A stretch of 64,000 nt of DNA from an uncultured Gammaproteobacteria bacterium (GTDB taxonomy: Bacteria; Pseudomonadota; Gammaproteobacteria; CAWCPV01), in contig CAWCPV010000011.1 in NCBI GenBank assembly GCA_963797555.1, forward strand, positions 28,715 to 92,714, written 5' to 3'. Each line of letters begins with the position of its first letter. Position 1 is the first letter of the stretch. Below, one piece after another: positions 47,101 to 57,581 of this stretch. The notes beneath the pieces were generated by a model that searched no databases, was not told the DNA's origin, and saw only the letters and a list, made by a program, of their open reading frames with translations. Both the position numbers and the translations under genes were made by a program.

Positions 47101-48315
47101 TCAGGCGGCTTGATCCACCAGCTCGATCCAATGTCTGACGGGGATGCGCGTCCCGGTCTCGATATGCAACTGACAGCCCACGTTGGCGGTTGCGATGACC
47201 TCCGGTGCGCCCTCTTGTAGGGCCGCGATCTTGTCTGCCAGGAGCCGCTGCGCGATTTCCGGCTGCAGTATGGAATAGGTGCCCGCTGACCCGCAGCACA
47301 GGTGCGAATCCAGTATGGGCGTGAGGCGAAACCCCATCCTCTCCAGAACGCCCTCGGCCTTGCCGGCGATGCCCTGGCCGTGCTGCAGTGTGCACGGGGC
47401 GTGGAAGGCCACCCGGCGGCCGTGCCCCGCGGCTCGTAGGGGTGCCAGGTCTTCGTTTGCCAGCACCTCGCAGAGGTCTCTGGCCAGCGAGGAGACGCGC
47501 GCGGCCCTGTCCGCGTATGCGGGCTCCCCCTTCAACAGCTCCCCGTACTGCTTGACAACGGCGCCGCAGCCGCTCGCCGTCACGACGATGGACTCGGCGC
47601 CCGCGTCGAGCCGCGGCCACCAAGCGTCGACATTGCGGCGCATGTAACCCAGCGCCTCTGCGCGGGCGCCGAGGTGATAGCTGAGTGCCCCGCAGCAGCC
47701 GGCACTTCGAGCCCGCACCAGGGTCACCCCCAGGCGGTCGAGGACACGGGCGGCTGCGGCATTGGTGTTGGGCGTGGCGGCGGCCTGGACGCAGCCGTCG
47801 AGCACCAGCATGGTGCGCAGGTGTCTGGGGGGCGGCCAGGGAGACGCGGGTCGCCGCGCTGGAATCTTGGCCCGCAGTCTCGCAGGCAGCAAAGGGCCAG
47901 CTAGGCGGCCCAGCCCGAGCAGCGCGGCAAAGCGCCGCCGGGAAGGAAGAGCGAGGCGCAAAGCCAGACGCCCCAGCCGGTGACTCAGGCGCCGGCGCAC
48001 GGCTCGGTCGACGACCTCCCGTCCAATGTCTGCGAGGCGAGCGTAGCGGACTCCCGACGGACAGATGGTCTCGCACGCCTGGCAGCTAAGGCAGCGGTCC
48101 AGGTGGAGCTGCGTGGTCCGCGTGGGGTGATGGCCCTCCAGAACCTGCTTGATGAGGTAGATGCGCCCGCGCGGGCTGTCCAATTCATCGCCCAGGAGCT
48201 GGTAGCTGGGGCAGGTGGCGGTGCAGAAGCCGCAGTGCACGCAGCTTCGCAGGATGGCGTCGGCTTCTCTGCCCTGCGGGGTGGCGCGGAAAGCTTCGGT
48301 AAGCGCGGTCTGCAT
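47101..48315 (-). CDS. glcF: Glycolate oxidase Fe-S subunit
   Basis: CVHCGFCTATCP, CLSCQACETICP, two CCG domains. Confidence 0.95.
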   Translation of the reverse strand: MQTALTEAFRATPQGREADAILRSCVHCGFCTATCPSYQLLGDELDSPRGRIYLIKQVLEGHHPTRTTQLHLDRCLSCQACETICPSGVRYARLADIGREVVDRAVRRRLSHRLGRLALRLALPSRRRFAALLGLGRLAGPLLPARLRAKIPARRPASPWPPPRHLRTMLVLDGCVQAAATPNTNAAAARVLDRLGVTLVRARSAGCCGALSYHLGARAEALGYMRRNVDAWWPRLDAGAESIVVTASGCGAVVKQYGELLKGEPAYADRAARVSSLARDLCEVLANEDLAPLRAAGHGRRVAFHAPCTLQHGQGIAGKAEGVLERMGFRLTPILDSHLCCGSAGTYSILQPEIAQRLLADKIAALQEGAPEVIATANVGCQLHIETGTRIPVRHWIELVDQAA

Positions 48316-49400
48316 CAGAGGTCGGCGTACATGCGCCCGGGGTTCAAGATGCCTGCGGGGTCGAATGCCTGCTTGAGGCGTCGATGCAGCGCCATCAGCG
48401 ATGGGCTCAACGGGTGGAACACCTCCCCCGTGTGGTCGCCCCCGCGGAAAACGCCGGCGTGGCCTCCGGCGGCGGATGCGGCGGCACGCACCGTCTGGGG
48501 CTCGGCGGTTGTGCGCAGCCAGCGCAGGGCGCCTCCCCAGTCGAGCAGCCACCTGCCCGCCAAGTCTAGGGGCGGTATGGCGGGTGGCACCGACAGGCGC
48601 CAGAGAGGCGCGTCGCCTGCGAAGAAGTCGTGGCGGTGCTCGCGTAGCCGCTCCCAAAAAGCGCGTCCGTTGGCCAGCGGCTCGCCGCCGATCCGTGCCC
48701 GCGCCGCCGCCACTGCCGGCCGCCCGCCCGACAGCCTCAGGTACACCCGCTCGCCGTCGTAGGAGGCGCCGGATAGCGGTACAGGGCTGGCGGCCCAGCG
48801 GTTCATGGTCTCGATCGCTGCGGCCGGCGTGCTTTCGTGGGCCAGAGTCATCTCCCGGGCGGGCTTGGGCAGCACCTTGAGGGTCACCTCCAAAAGTACG
48901 CCGAGCGTGCCCATGGCCCCCACCATTAGCCGCGAGACGTCGTAGCCCGCGACGTTCTTCATCGCCCGCCCGCCGAAGGCGAGCACCTCCCCACGCCCGT
49001 TCAGTAAACGCACCCCCAGCACGAAGTCCCGGGCCGCACCTGCGTACGGTCGTCGCGGACCCGACAGGCCGCACGCAATAGTGCCGCCCAGCGTGGCGCC
49101 CGCGCCCAGACGGGGCGGCTCGAAGGCGAGCATCTGGCCGTGTTCGGCGAGCGTCGCCTCTACCTCTGCGAGGGGCGTGCCGGCGCGGGCCGTCATGACC
49201 AGCTCTCCGGGCTCGTAGTCCACCACACCCCGGTGGCCAGCGAGTTCTAGAGGATGGCCCTGTGGCGCCCGACCCAGGAAAAGCTTGCTGTTGCCACCGA
49301 TGATGCGAAGCGCCGTGCCGCGCACTTGCGCCTCACGTACGCACTCCCGCAGCGGCTCGGTCAGATCCGAGCTTCGGGGCGCTTGCTGAGCCGCAACCAC
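48315..49400 (-). CDS. glcE: Glycolate oxidase FAD subunit
   Basis: GLSGPRRPYAG, KNVAGYDVSRL, FDPAGILNPGRM; TGATG coupling to glcF. Confidence 0.94.
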   Translation of the reverse strand: MVAAQQAPRSSDLTEPLRECVREAQVRGTALRIIGGNSKLFLGRAPQGHPLELAGHRGVVDYEPGELVMTARAGTPLAEVEATLAEHGQMLAFEPPRLGAGATLGGTIACGLSGPRRPYAGAARDFVLGVRLLNGRGEVLAFGGRAMKNVAGYDVSRLMVGAMGTLGVLLEVTLKVLPKPAREMTLAHESTPAAAIETMNRWAASPVPLSGASYDGERVYLRLSGGRPAVAAARARIGGEPLANGRAFWERLREHRHDFFAGDAPLWRLSVPPAIPPLDLAGRWLLDWGGALRWLRTTAEPQTVRAAASAAGGHAGVFRGGDHTGEVFHPLSPSLMALHRRLKQAFDPAGILNPGRMYADL

Positions 49401-49526
49401 GTGCCGCCGGGTATGCGAGTGCGAGGGCTGAATGAGAGCAAAGCGATAACGCGCCGATAACGGACGCCTGCTGTCAGGCATCGCCATTGTCGCCCGCGCA
49501 CGCGCCTTTCTCAATAAGGATAAGGC

Positions 49527-49766
49527 GGGACTGCCACTTGCTTTGACGGCGGAGCTATGCGCCTTACCTTGGCGGTATGTGCTTGTTTTCCACCCTCGGC
49601 TTGGGGTTGATTACAAGTTCCTTGTTCCTTGAAGCAGGTGGGAGCAGTCACTAGCGCTTGTTGGGGCAGCCGGTAGAAAAGCATCCCCCCTGGCCCTCGA
49701 GCGGCGCCGGTTGAACCGGAACGTAAACTCGTGGAGATACGCCTGCAAGTGGTCTTCCTCAACTGA
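49527..49766 (-). pseudogene. IS1595-family transposase 3' remnant
   Basis: HLQAYLHEFTFRFNRRRSRARG.LFYRL. Confidence 0.75.
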
Positions 49767-49905
49767 GAGCTTGTGAAGAAACTGTCGCGAGCGGCCCGAG
49801 AGCACGGCGCACGGAGCGCAGCCACGGGACATATCAAAAATGGATAGGCGAGGAGCGACCGAATGGCAGGACAGCCATTCGGCACGTCCGCAGGACGCCC
49901 CGAAG
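49767..49905 (+). repeat. MITE long form, truncated
   Basis: TGA|GAGCTTGTGAAGAAACTGTCGCGAGC... matches 22765-22900. Confidence 0.85.
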
Positions 49906-49909
49906 CCAT

Positions 49910-49984
49910 GTAGGTCGGGTTAGCGCAGCGTAACCCGACATCTCCCAACGTCGGGTCACGGCCTTGGGGCCTAACCCGACCTAC
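49910..49984. repeat. GTAG-type REP doublet (REPIN-like)
   Basis: GTAGGTCGGGTTAG ... CTAACCCGACCTAC inverted pair, each half a hairpin. Confidence 0.8.
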
Positions 49985-50115
49985 CCGTCTTGACAACACT
50001 TGCAACCGAGCGGGATTTTTGGGCTGTCTTCGGCCCATTTTCACGTTAACGCTCATTGCGTCCGGCGCAACCCCAGAGGATGAAAGGAGCTTCGTTCACG
50101 CTGACCCCAGCGCCA

Positions 50116-50676
50116 TTACCGGCCGAACCGATGCACTTTCAGCCGCCAGCGCTCTGGCTCCGCCACCAAGACTAAGCATGACGGACCGCCGTACGTGCGG
50201 GCACGGCCCGCCGCCCCCGGATTCAACACCCACGGCAAGCGCTCGGTGTCGCAGACCAGACGGTGGCTGTGTCCGTAGACGACGGCTCGGGCGGTGGGAT
50301 ACGCGCGCCGTAGCCGCTCGTGTCTGGCCGGGCCGCTGCCGGCGCGGTGACCGTGCACGACCATCAGCCGTCCGCCGGGAAGATCCAGCATCGCCTCGCT
50401 GGGCAGCCGCTGCAGCGCCTCCTGGTCCGAGGCCGGCCACTTGGCGGCCACGTCGTTGTTCCCCTGTACTGCGACCACATTGCCGCTGTGAGGCTTGAGC
50501 GCCGCGAGCACCGCGGCGTTTCCTACGTCTCCGGCGTGCACCGCATGATCGCAGGCCGCCACCAGCTCTGCGACGTCCGGGTCCAGCACCCCATGGGTGT
50601 CGGAAAGGATGGCGACCCGCACGCTTGGGCCACCCTTCCCATCCCGGCTCGACGTTCTTTGCCTTGCCCCGGCCAT
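50116..50676 (-). CDS. YfcE-like metallophosphoesterase
   Basis: SDTH, HAGD, GNND, HGH, GHSH, NPG. Confidence 0.9.
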   Translation of the reverse strand: MAGARQRTSSRDGKGGPSVRVAILSDTHGVLDPDVAELVAACDHAVHAGDVGNAAVLAALKPHSGNVVAVQGNNDVAAKWPASDQEALQRLPSEAMLDLPGGRLMVVHGHRAGSGPARHERLRRAYPTARAVVYGHSHRLVCDTERLPWVLNPGAAGRARTYGGPSCLVLVAEPERWRLKVHRFGR

Positions 50677-50775
50677 GATGTCATGATACCGCGCCGTCAC
50701 GGCGGTTCTGGCTCCAACCGGTCATGGCGACTTTCGCCGCCGCAGACCATGAAAGCGCGCACGCCATGACCGGTT

Positions 50776-50883
50776 CCCTCACCCCGCCCTCTCCCGCACC
50801 TCACCCCCGGCCCCTCTCCACAGTCGTGGAGAGGGGGGCGATCGCCCCCTTCCCCACCTCGTGGGGAAGGGTCGGGGAAGGGG
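50776..50883. repeat. C-rich/G-rich palindromic extragenic repeat
   Basis: CCTCACCCCCGGCCCCTCTCCAC..GTGGAGAGGGG and CCCTTCCCCAC..GTGGGGAAGGG hairpins. Confidence 0.6.
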
Positions 50884-50935
50884 ACGGGCGAGGGGGATTT
50901 TGCGGCGCCTTCGGCGCATTTTCGCTCCAACGACT

Positions 50936-52489
50936 GTGAAAGGCGTGGTCACGGCAGGTCATCCGGAGACCGCGAAGGCAGCGGAGGCGGTGCTCTGCGA
51001 GGGCGGCAACGCCTTCGATGCCTGTCTCGCCGCCCACCTCACCGCCTGCATTACCGAGCCGGTGCTCACCTCCCTGGGCGGCGGCGGATTCCTGCTCGCA
51101 CGCACCGCGGCCGGGCGGGAGGTGGTCTACGACTTCTTCCCCCAGACCCCCCGCAAACGCCGGGAGCCCGGAACGGTCCATTTCTATCCGATCCAGGCCG
51201 ATTTTGGGACCGTCACCCAGGAGTTCCACATCGGGCTCGGGTCCATCGCTACCCCCGGAACGGTCAAGGGAATATTCGCCGTGCATCGGGATCTGGGCAG
51301 CCTCCCCATGGCCCGCATCGTCGAGCCCGCCGCACGGTGCGCCCGCGAAGGTTTAGCGATCAATGCCCTGCAGGCATATACCCTGTCTGTCGTCGGTCCC
51401 ATCTACAGCGCGAACGCCGCCTGCCGCGCCCTTTATGGAAGCCGAACGGATCCGGCCCGGCTCCTCGGGGAAGGAGAAGTCCTGCGCCTACCGGAGTTCG
51501 CCGACGCTCTGGAGGCGCTGGCTGCGGAAGGGGAGGACCTGTTCTACCGGGGTGCGATGGCACAGCGCATCGCCCAGGACTCCCGACAGCATGGAGGCCA
51601 CCTCACCGCGGCCGACCTCGCCGGCTACGAGGTTACGATCCGCCCGCCGCTCACGGCTGACTACCGCGGGGCGCGGCTGCTGACCAATCCTCCCCCCTCC
51701 TCGGGCGGGCTGCTCATCCTCTTTTCATTGTCCCTGCTGGAGGCCGTGGAGCTTTCTCGCCTCCCTTTCGGGGGACTCGAACACCTGACGCTGCTGGCCC
51801 GCGCCATGGAGATCACCAACCGGGCGCGCCGAACCCACGGGGGCGACGCGGCACCGGGACCGCAGACCCCGCACCGTCTCCTCGCTCCTGAATTCTTGGA
51901 CCCGTGCCGGAGCGAGCTTCGCGACACGGCGGTGCGGCTGGGGGCCACCACCCACGTCAGCGTCATCGATCGTTGGGGGAACGTGGCCAGCATGACCGTC
52001 TCCAACGGTGAGGGCTCGGCCTACGTGGTTCCGGAAACCGGCATCATGCTGAACAACATGCTGGGCGAGGAGGACATCAACCCCCAAGGCTTTCACCGTT
52101 GGCGACCGAACCGCCGACTCTCCTCCATGATGGCGCCTACGCTGGTCCTGGACCGGGGCAGGGAGATTGCCATGGGCTCCGGAGGCTCCAATCGACTCCG
52201 GACGGCGATCCTGCAGGTCCTCTTGAACCTGCTCGACTTCCACATGCCCCCAGCGGAGGCAGTCGAGGCGCCCCGTATCCACGTCGAAGACGGGCTGCTC
52301 CATTTGGAGGGAGGCATCTCCGACTCCGTCGCGGCGCCCCTCCAGGCCCATTTCCCCCGCCTCCAGCGCTGGGAGGACAAGAATCTGTTCTTCGGCGGGG
52401 TACACACCGCCCTGGCCGACCCCGCCCGCGCTGAGTTCGATGGCGCCGGGGATTCCAGGCGCGGCGGTGTGTGCATCCTGGTCCAATGA
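50936..52489 (+). CDS. Second gamma-glutamyltransferase-family Ntn hydrolase, no signal peptide
   Basis: GGNAFDA, SLGGGGF, ATTHVSVID, LNNMLGE, SSMMAP, GSGGSNR. Confidence 0.88.
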   Translation: MKGVVTAGHPETAKAAEAVLCEGGNAFDACLAAHLTACITEPVLTSLGGGGFLLARTAAGREVVYDFFPQTPRKRREPGTVHFYPIQADFGTVTQEFHIGLGSIATPGTVKGIFAVHRDLGSLPMARIVEPAARCAREGLAINALQAYTLSVVGPIYSANAACRALYGSRTDPARLLGEGEVLRLPEFADALEALAAEGEDLFYRGAMAQRIAQDSRQHGGHLTAADLAGYEVTIRPPLTADYRGARLLTNPPPSSGGLLILFSLSLLEAVELSRLPFGGLEHLTLLARAMEITNRARRTHGGDAAPGPQTPHRLLAPEFLDPCRSELRDTAVRLGATTHVSVIDRWGNVASMTVSNGEGSAYVVPETGIMLNNMLGEEDINPQGFHRWRPNRRLSSMMAPTLVLDRGREIAMGSGGSNRLRTAILQVLLNLLDFHMPPAEAVEAPRIHVEDGLLHLEGGISDSVAAPLQAHFPRLQRWEDKNLFFGGVHTALADPARAEFDGAGDSRRGGVCILVQ

Positions 52490-52582
52490 GCCCGCTGCTC
52501 TGCCGGCTCGGAGGGTTGCGATCTTCGAGGTGGCATAATTTGGAGGCGCCATTCGGTCGCCGCCGAATCCGGAAACCCTGCC

Positions 52583-52861
52583 ATGGAACACTCGCCGCGG
52601 GTCGAGATCGTGTACTGCACTCAGTGTCGCTGGCTGCTGCGGGCGGCCTGGCTGGCGCAGGAACTGCTCACGACTTTCGAGCAGGAGCTGGGCGAAGTCG
52701 CTCTGATTCCTGGCACCGGCGGCATCTTCGAGGTGCGGGTGGGCAACGACCTGCTGTGGTCGCGAAAGGAGTGCGGTCGGTTCCCCGAAGCCAAGGAGGT
52801 GAAGCAGTTGCTGCGGGATCGCATCGCCCCCGACAAGGACCTCGGCCACTCGGACCGCTGA
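52583..52861 (+). CDS. SelT/SelW/SelH (Rdx) family protein, Cys form
   Basis: YCTQCRWLLRAAWLAQELL, GG.FEV, RDRIAPDKDLGHSD. Confidence 0.92.
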   Translation: MEHSPRVEIVYCTQCRWLLRAAWLAQELLTTFEQELGEVALIPGTGGIFEVRVGNDLLWSRKECGRFPEAKEVKQLLRDRIAPDKDLGHSDR

Positions 52862-53006
52862 CCGGCCGTAGTGATTCCCACCCCATCCTGCTCGCTGAAC
52901 TGATCCCGCTGACTCCCTGAGTTGGGTGGTGGTTCCTCGCCGGTGCACCGCGACCGGGCGATGGTTTCCAGCGCGACAGGCGGTGGCCAGACAGTAACGA
53001 TCGCGC

Positions 53007-56000
53007 CTACCCGCCGGACAGAAAATCGAAACAGATCAGCCGCAGCTTGTCTCGGGTGAGCGAAAAGCTCCCGCGGGGCGTCGAATCCGTCTTTGCGGGA
53101 TCTCCGAACTTTTCCCGCAGTGCGGCCACGCTTTCGATCAGCGCTTCGACGTCGCCGCCGGCCTGGAAGGCCCGCGCCGCAGCGCGCAGCGCCTTCACCT
53201 GCACCGCCAGCATGGGCTCGTTGAGGAAACGGATCAGATCGATGGCCCGCTTCCGGTCCACGTCCGGGTGGCTCAGGTACCCCTGGATCGCGGTGGCGAC
53301 GGTCTGCTGTACCGGGTCGACGGAGCGCGGGGCCGACTCCAGGGCCTTGGCCTCATCGAAGTCCCGGAGGATTTGCTCGATGACCTTCTCTTGGATGTCG
53401 AATACGCCGCGGAGCATCTCCGGCTCGACGACCCGCGGGGTGTCGGGCTCGCAGGCGATGAGGTTGGCGATGAGATAACGGTTGTCGAGGATGGTCTGGT
53501 CTTCGAGGTCGCAGTATTTCCAGAAGTGAAGCTTCTTTCCGGAGTCCTGCTCAGCCTGGAAGTAGAAGAACACGCCACGGGCGCCCGGCTTCACCAGCCC
53601 CGAGTGAATGCCATCCGGCAGCGCATCCAGCATCTCCCGCCCGCCGGCCTCCATGAGCTGGCGCAGTTGGTGGGCGAGGAACTCGTGGCTCGCCAGCTCC
53701 GTGAACTGCTCCTCTTCTTCGATGACCCGGCCGTCTTCCTCCGCGATGCGGCGCAGCGTATTGAAGTTCCGGGGATGGACCGTCTCGCCGAGGATGCTCG
53801 CATCGAGGAAACCGGCCCGGTCGATGTCGGCGATCTTGCGGGACAGGCTCTCCACCAGCTTCAGCAGGCGCTCCAGGCCCTCGTCGGGAAACATGTTGTA
53901 GATGTACAGGGTGTCGAACTCGCTCCCGAGACGGTCGATACGCCCCGCCCGCTGCACCATGCGGGTCGGGTTCCAGTGCAGGTCATAGTTGAGCAGCAGC
54001 CCGCAGTCCTGGAGGTTCTGCCCCTCGGAAAGCACGTCCGTCGAGATCAGCACGTCGATTTCGTGCTCGGTGCCCACCCACTCGGGCCTGCCATTGGACT
54101 TGGGAGCGAATGCCTGCACGATCCGCAGGCGCTCCTTGGGGTCCGCCCCGCTGTCCATGCGCCGCACCTTGATGCCGCCGAGCGCTTCGCGGAAGGCGAG
54201 CGCCTCCGGGCTGTCCGGGTGCCCCAGGTGGCGGTACAGGTAGCGCGCCGTGTCCCTGAAGTAGCTGAAGATCAGGAGCTTCCTGTCCTTCAGGTCGCCC
54301 TTCAGCAACTCCTTCAGACGATTCGAGCTTGGCGTCCTGGTCGGGGCCTACGTCCTTGACCCGCTGCCATAGCTCCGAGAGCACCGTCAACGTCGTGCTC
54401 CACCGCCTTGTGCAGCTTGCGCAGATCGTAGTCGGCCGGGTTCGCGGTCCCCAGTGCCTCCAGCAGCCGCTTCGCGTCCTCGTTGGCGTCGAACTGGTCG
54501 GCGAGCGAAGTCGGGGTGGCGTCGTCCTCCTCGTCCTCCCGCGCGAGGTAGGCCAGAGCCTTGTGGAAATCGCTGCTGCGCAGGATCTTCCCGCCGAGCA
54601 GGTACTCCTCGAAAGTCTTGAGAAACGCGAGCGCGCGCCGCACGCTGATGCGGAAAGCCTCGATGCTGGATTCGAAGCGCTTCAGGTACCGGCTCTTGAA
54701 GATTCCGACCAGCGCCTGTTCGCGCCCGGCCTCGAACTCGTCCACCGCGACGCCCTTCTTCTTGTAGGCCTCCAGGCTGTACGGCGCGAGCCTGAGATCC
54801 TCGATCCCGGAGACGACCTCCTCGTAGATGCCGGCGTAAGCGGCTTCCAGGTCGTAGCGCACGGTCTTGAGGCGGCGTTCCGGGAAGTGGATACGCTTGC
54901 CGTGGATGACCGCCTCGGGATACGCCTTGCGCACGAAGGGCCGGCTGCGCCGGATGACGATCTCCTCGAGCAGGTTGTAGAGAGCGAGCGCCGGATTCCC
55001 GCCGCGGGCATCCCGTCGCGCCTGGAGCACATAACGGTACAGGTCGCCAATGCCGGCCGCCTTGAAATAACTCCGGTCACCGTGCGTGATGAGCGAGAGC
55101 TGGTTGTAGAGGTCGAAAAGGTCATTGTTGATGGGGGTGGCCGTGAGCAGGATGACTTTCTTGCGGGCGCCCTCCCGCCCGCGTCCGCCGTTCCCGCCCA
55201 GCAACCGCTCCAGGTTCGCGAAGCGCTGAGCGTTGCGGTTGCGGAAGTTGTGGGACTCGTCGACCAACACCACGTCCGCGTCCTGCCAGCGCGAAGGGTC
55301 GAATTCCTCGCGCCCCAGCTCCTCCTGGGACAGCACGGTCGCCGGGACCGTGGCGTCGGCCAGCTCCCGCTCCCACATGTCCCGCAGGCTTGCCGGGCAC
55401 ACCACCGCCGCCTTCTGGCGCAGATGATAGGCGAAGTCCTCCAGCAGCTTTTTCCCGATCCAGGTCTTTCCCAGGCCGACCGAGTCCGCAATCATCACCC
55501 CGTCGTAGCGCGCGAGGATCTTGCGGGCCTTCCTAACGGCGTCTTCCTGGAACTGGGTCAGCTCCACGGCGGAGCGGGTGGACTGGGGCGCCTCGTCCGC
55601 CAAGTCGTCCAGGAAATAGGCGTACAGCGCTTTCATATACACCTGGTACGGCGTGTACTCCTGGCGGCCGAACTTGGATTCGTCCAGCAGCCGGACCAGC
55701 TCGTCCTTGAAGTCCCGCCCGTCCTGCCACTGGCGGGAAAACCAGTCTTCCAGGTCGATGATGGCCCGCGCGCCGACCTCGCTCTTGAGGAGCCTGCGGT
55801 TCTCGGGCGCCACGCGCTCGCTCGCCGCCTCGTCGGAGAGCCACTGCACCGCGTAGGCCGCTTCTGGGTCTTCCGTCTCCGAGTCGTCCAGCAGCACCTT
55901 GTGCGCCAGGTTCAGCTCCCGGTTGGAGGTGAGGCCCGGCACGGTGAAGTTGGACGAACCCACCACCGCCACGATGGGCCGGAAGCGGTCGAACAGCATC

Positions 56001-56407
56001 TGCTGGCCGGGCCGGTCGGAATAGAACAGCCAGCACTTGGCATGCAGAAAACCCTCGCTGTGGAGCCGCACCGCCACAGTCTCCCGGCGGAGATAGGCGA
56101 TGAGATCCTCCACGAGCCTGAGCGTCGCCTCGTCGAAGGGCAGCACCTCCAGGTCGCGCCGGATACGCCCCTTCACGAAATCCGGATCGGGGCGAAGCCC
56201 GAGCTGCTCTCCCGTAGCGGGTTCCGCCCCGAGGAGCAGCCGCAAGCTGCCGAGATGCGAGAGCTGATCCTGTAGCAGCCTGAAGCCCCCGACCGTGAAA
56301 TAGGCGGTGGCGACATCCAGCGAGCGGCCATGGTATTCTGCCAGGATGCCGTTCAGCACCTCGGCCAGGACGTGGCGCTGGTTGTCGATGACGTAGGGGA
56401 TGCGCAT
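53007..56407 (-). CDS. PLD-nuclease - SNF2-like helicase fusion (frameshifts near 54320-54390)
   Basis: ATAYF, FLHAK..GSSNFT, ADSVGLGKT, DESHNFRN, LTATP, STDVLSEGQNLQ, QRAGRIDR. Confidence 0.88.
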
Positions 56408-56409
56408 GC

Positions 56410-56904
56410 CTACGCTTCACCGACCTCGCACAGGATTGCCTCGACTAACTCCGGTGAGAGCCGAAAGCCGCTCTCGGCGAGCCGTTCCAACACCGGCCGC
56501 GCGGCCCTAATCAGGCTGGCGCGCTTCGCTTCGACGATCACTCCCGCTGTTCCCGTAAACGGGATTCCCCGCTCCGCCGCGGTCCTGCGGGCCGCGAGGT
56601 CGTCGATGACGAGCAGCGCGCCTTCCCCGTAATGGAGGGCCGCCCGCAAGGTGCTCGCCTCGCCGTCATCGAGTTCCGGGAAAATGGGTTCGGCCGGCTC
56701 GGACCGGTAAAGCCGGATCTGTCGCCGGCGCAAGGCGCTCCGGATCGCCGTCTCGCCCGGCATCCGGCGCCCTGGCAGGATTTCACCGCGGACTGTGCAC
56801 GTGATGAAGACGGTGCGGTACAGCTTCGGCAGCCAACCCAGGCCGCCGACCCGCGCGAGCCCGATCAGCGGACTCGCGTCGACGAAGGCCGCCTCTTCCG
56901 CCAC
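56410..56904 (-). CDS. PIN/DUF3368 putative toxin
   Basis: VDASPLI.LA, LDDGEA, LLVIDD..AR, GTAGVI..AK, GFRLS. Confidence 0.85.
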   Translation of the reverse strand: MAEEAAFVDASPLIGLARVGGLGWLPKLYRTVFITCTVRGEILPGRRMPGETAIRSALRRRQIRLYRSEPAEPIFPELDDGEASTLRAALHYGEGALLVIDDLAARRTAAERGIPFTGTAGVIVEAKRASLIRAARPVLERLAESGFRLSPELVEAILCEVGEA

Positions 56905-57231
56905 GCTTCGAGGTTCTCGAGATTCCTCACGGACGGTCTTCGCATCACCTTTCATCACCGGAATGCCCTGGCGGGATACATGCTGCATGAACTCCGCGAG
57001 CGCCATGCCTGCGATTTTCGCCCCGCGGCCAAGCGAAACACAGTCGTCTTTGTAGAGCGCGGTCGCGAGCGCTAGCCGCACGCCCGGCTCGGCGAGCAGC
57101 TTTTCGTCGTCCAGGTGCACCAGCAGCGCCTCGGGCCGGTCGCGGCTCATGACCACCACCGGCTCCTCCCGAGCCATGCGCAGTGCCTCGGAGGGGTTGT
57201 TCTTCAACTGGCGGACGTTGACGGATTTCAT
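56865..57231 (-). CDS. Phd-like/UPF0175 putative antitoxin (apparent 1-nt insertion near 56925)
   Basis: MKSVNVRQLKNNPSEALR, SLGRGAKIAG, GIPV; the mirrored copy reads EDLENLEA, restoring a separate gene. Confidence 0.8.
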
Positions 57232-57282
57232 GACGTGGGCTCTACACGTGCGGATATTATATGGGCTAAAAAAGGGACATGC

Positions 57283-57438
57283 CGCAACGACCGTGCGGCT
57301 GAGCCCTTTCCGTCCGAGCTGGCCGGCATGCTGCCGGAGGTAGTCGTCGAGGGCAGTCTGTCCGCAATGGAAGGTCCCGCGGTCGTGGTTCGCGGACAGC
57401 CGTTCGAAGCGAACGGGTGGCGGCTCAGCCCACCACAT
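57283..57438 (-). pseudogene. GNAT (TacT/AtaT-like) toxin N-terminal remnant
   Basis: HDRGTFHCGQTALDDYLRQHAGQ...SRTVVA then similarity stops. Confidence 0.75.
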
Positions 57439-57460
57439 TACGCATAAGTCTGCGCTCGGC

Positions 57461-57559
57461 CGTCATTCCGGCACGGATTGCCGGAATCCAGGTGCCAGGG
57501 ATGGCCGATCGGCCCGCGTCCCTGTGGACTGGATTCCGCCATTCCCTGGCGGAATGACG
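57461..57559. repeat. CGTC-type REP-like inverted pair
   Basis: CGTCATTCCGGC...CCGGAATCCAG ... CTGGATTCCGCC...GCGGAATGACG. Confidence 0.7.
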
Positions 57560-57581
57560 AGATATGGATAAAGGGGTGGGC

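Noticed and set aside
52583-52861. Selenoprotein
   Set aside because: Motif is CTQC with no in-frame TGA
54329-56275. Long antisense ORFs (also 35968..37410, 20110..21147, 25393..26616)
   Set aside because: Shadows of real opposite-strand genes, expected at this GC content
56410-57438. 342-aa GNAT-antitoxin-PIN fusion ORF
   Set aside because: The mirrored copy lacks one A near 56925, which splits it into the usual separate genes
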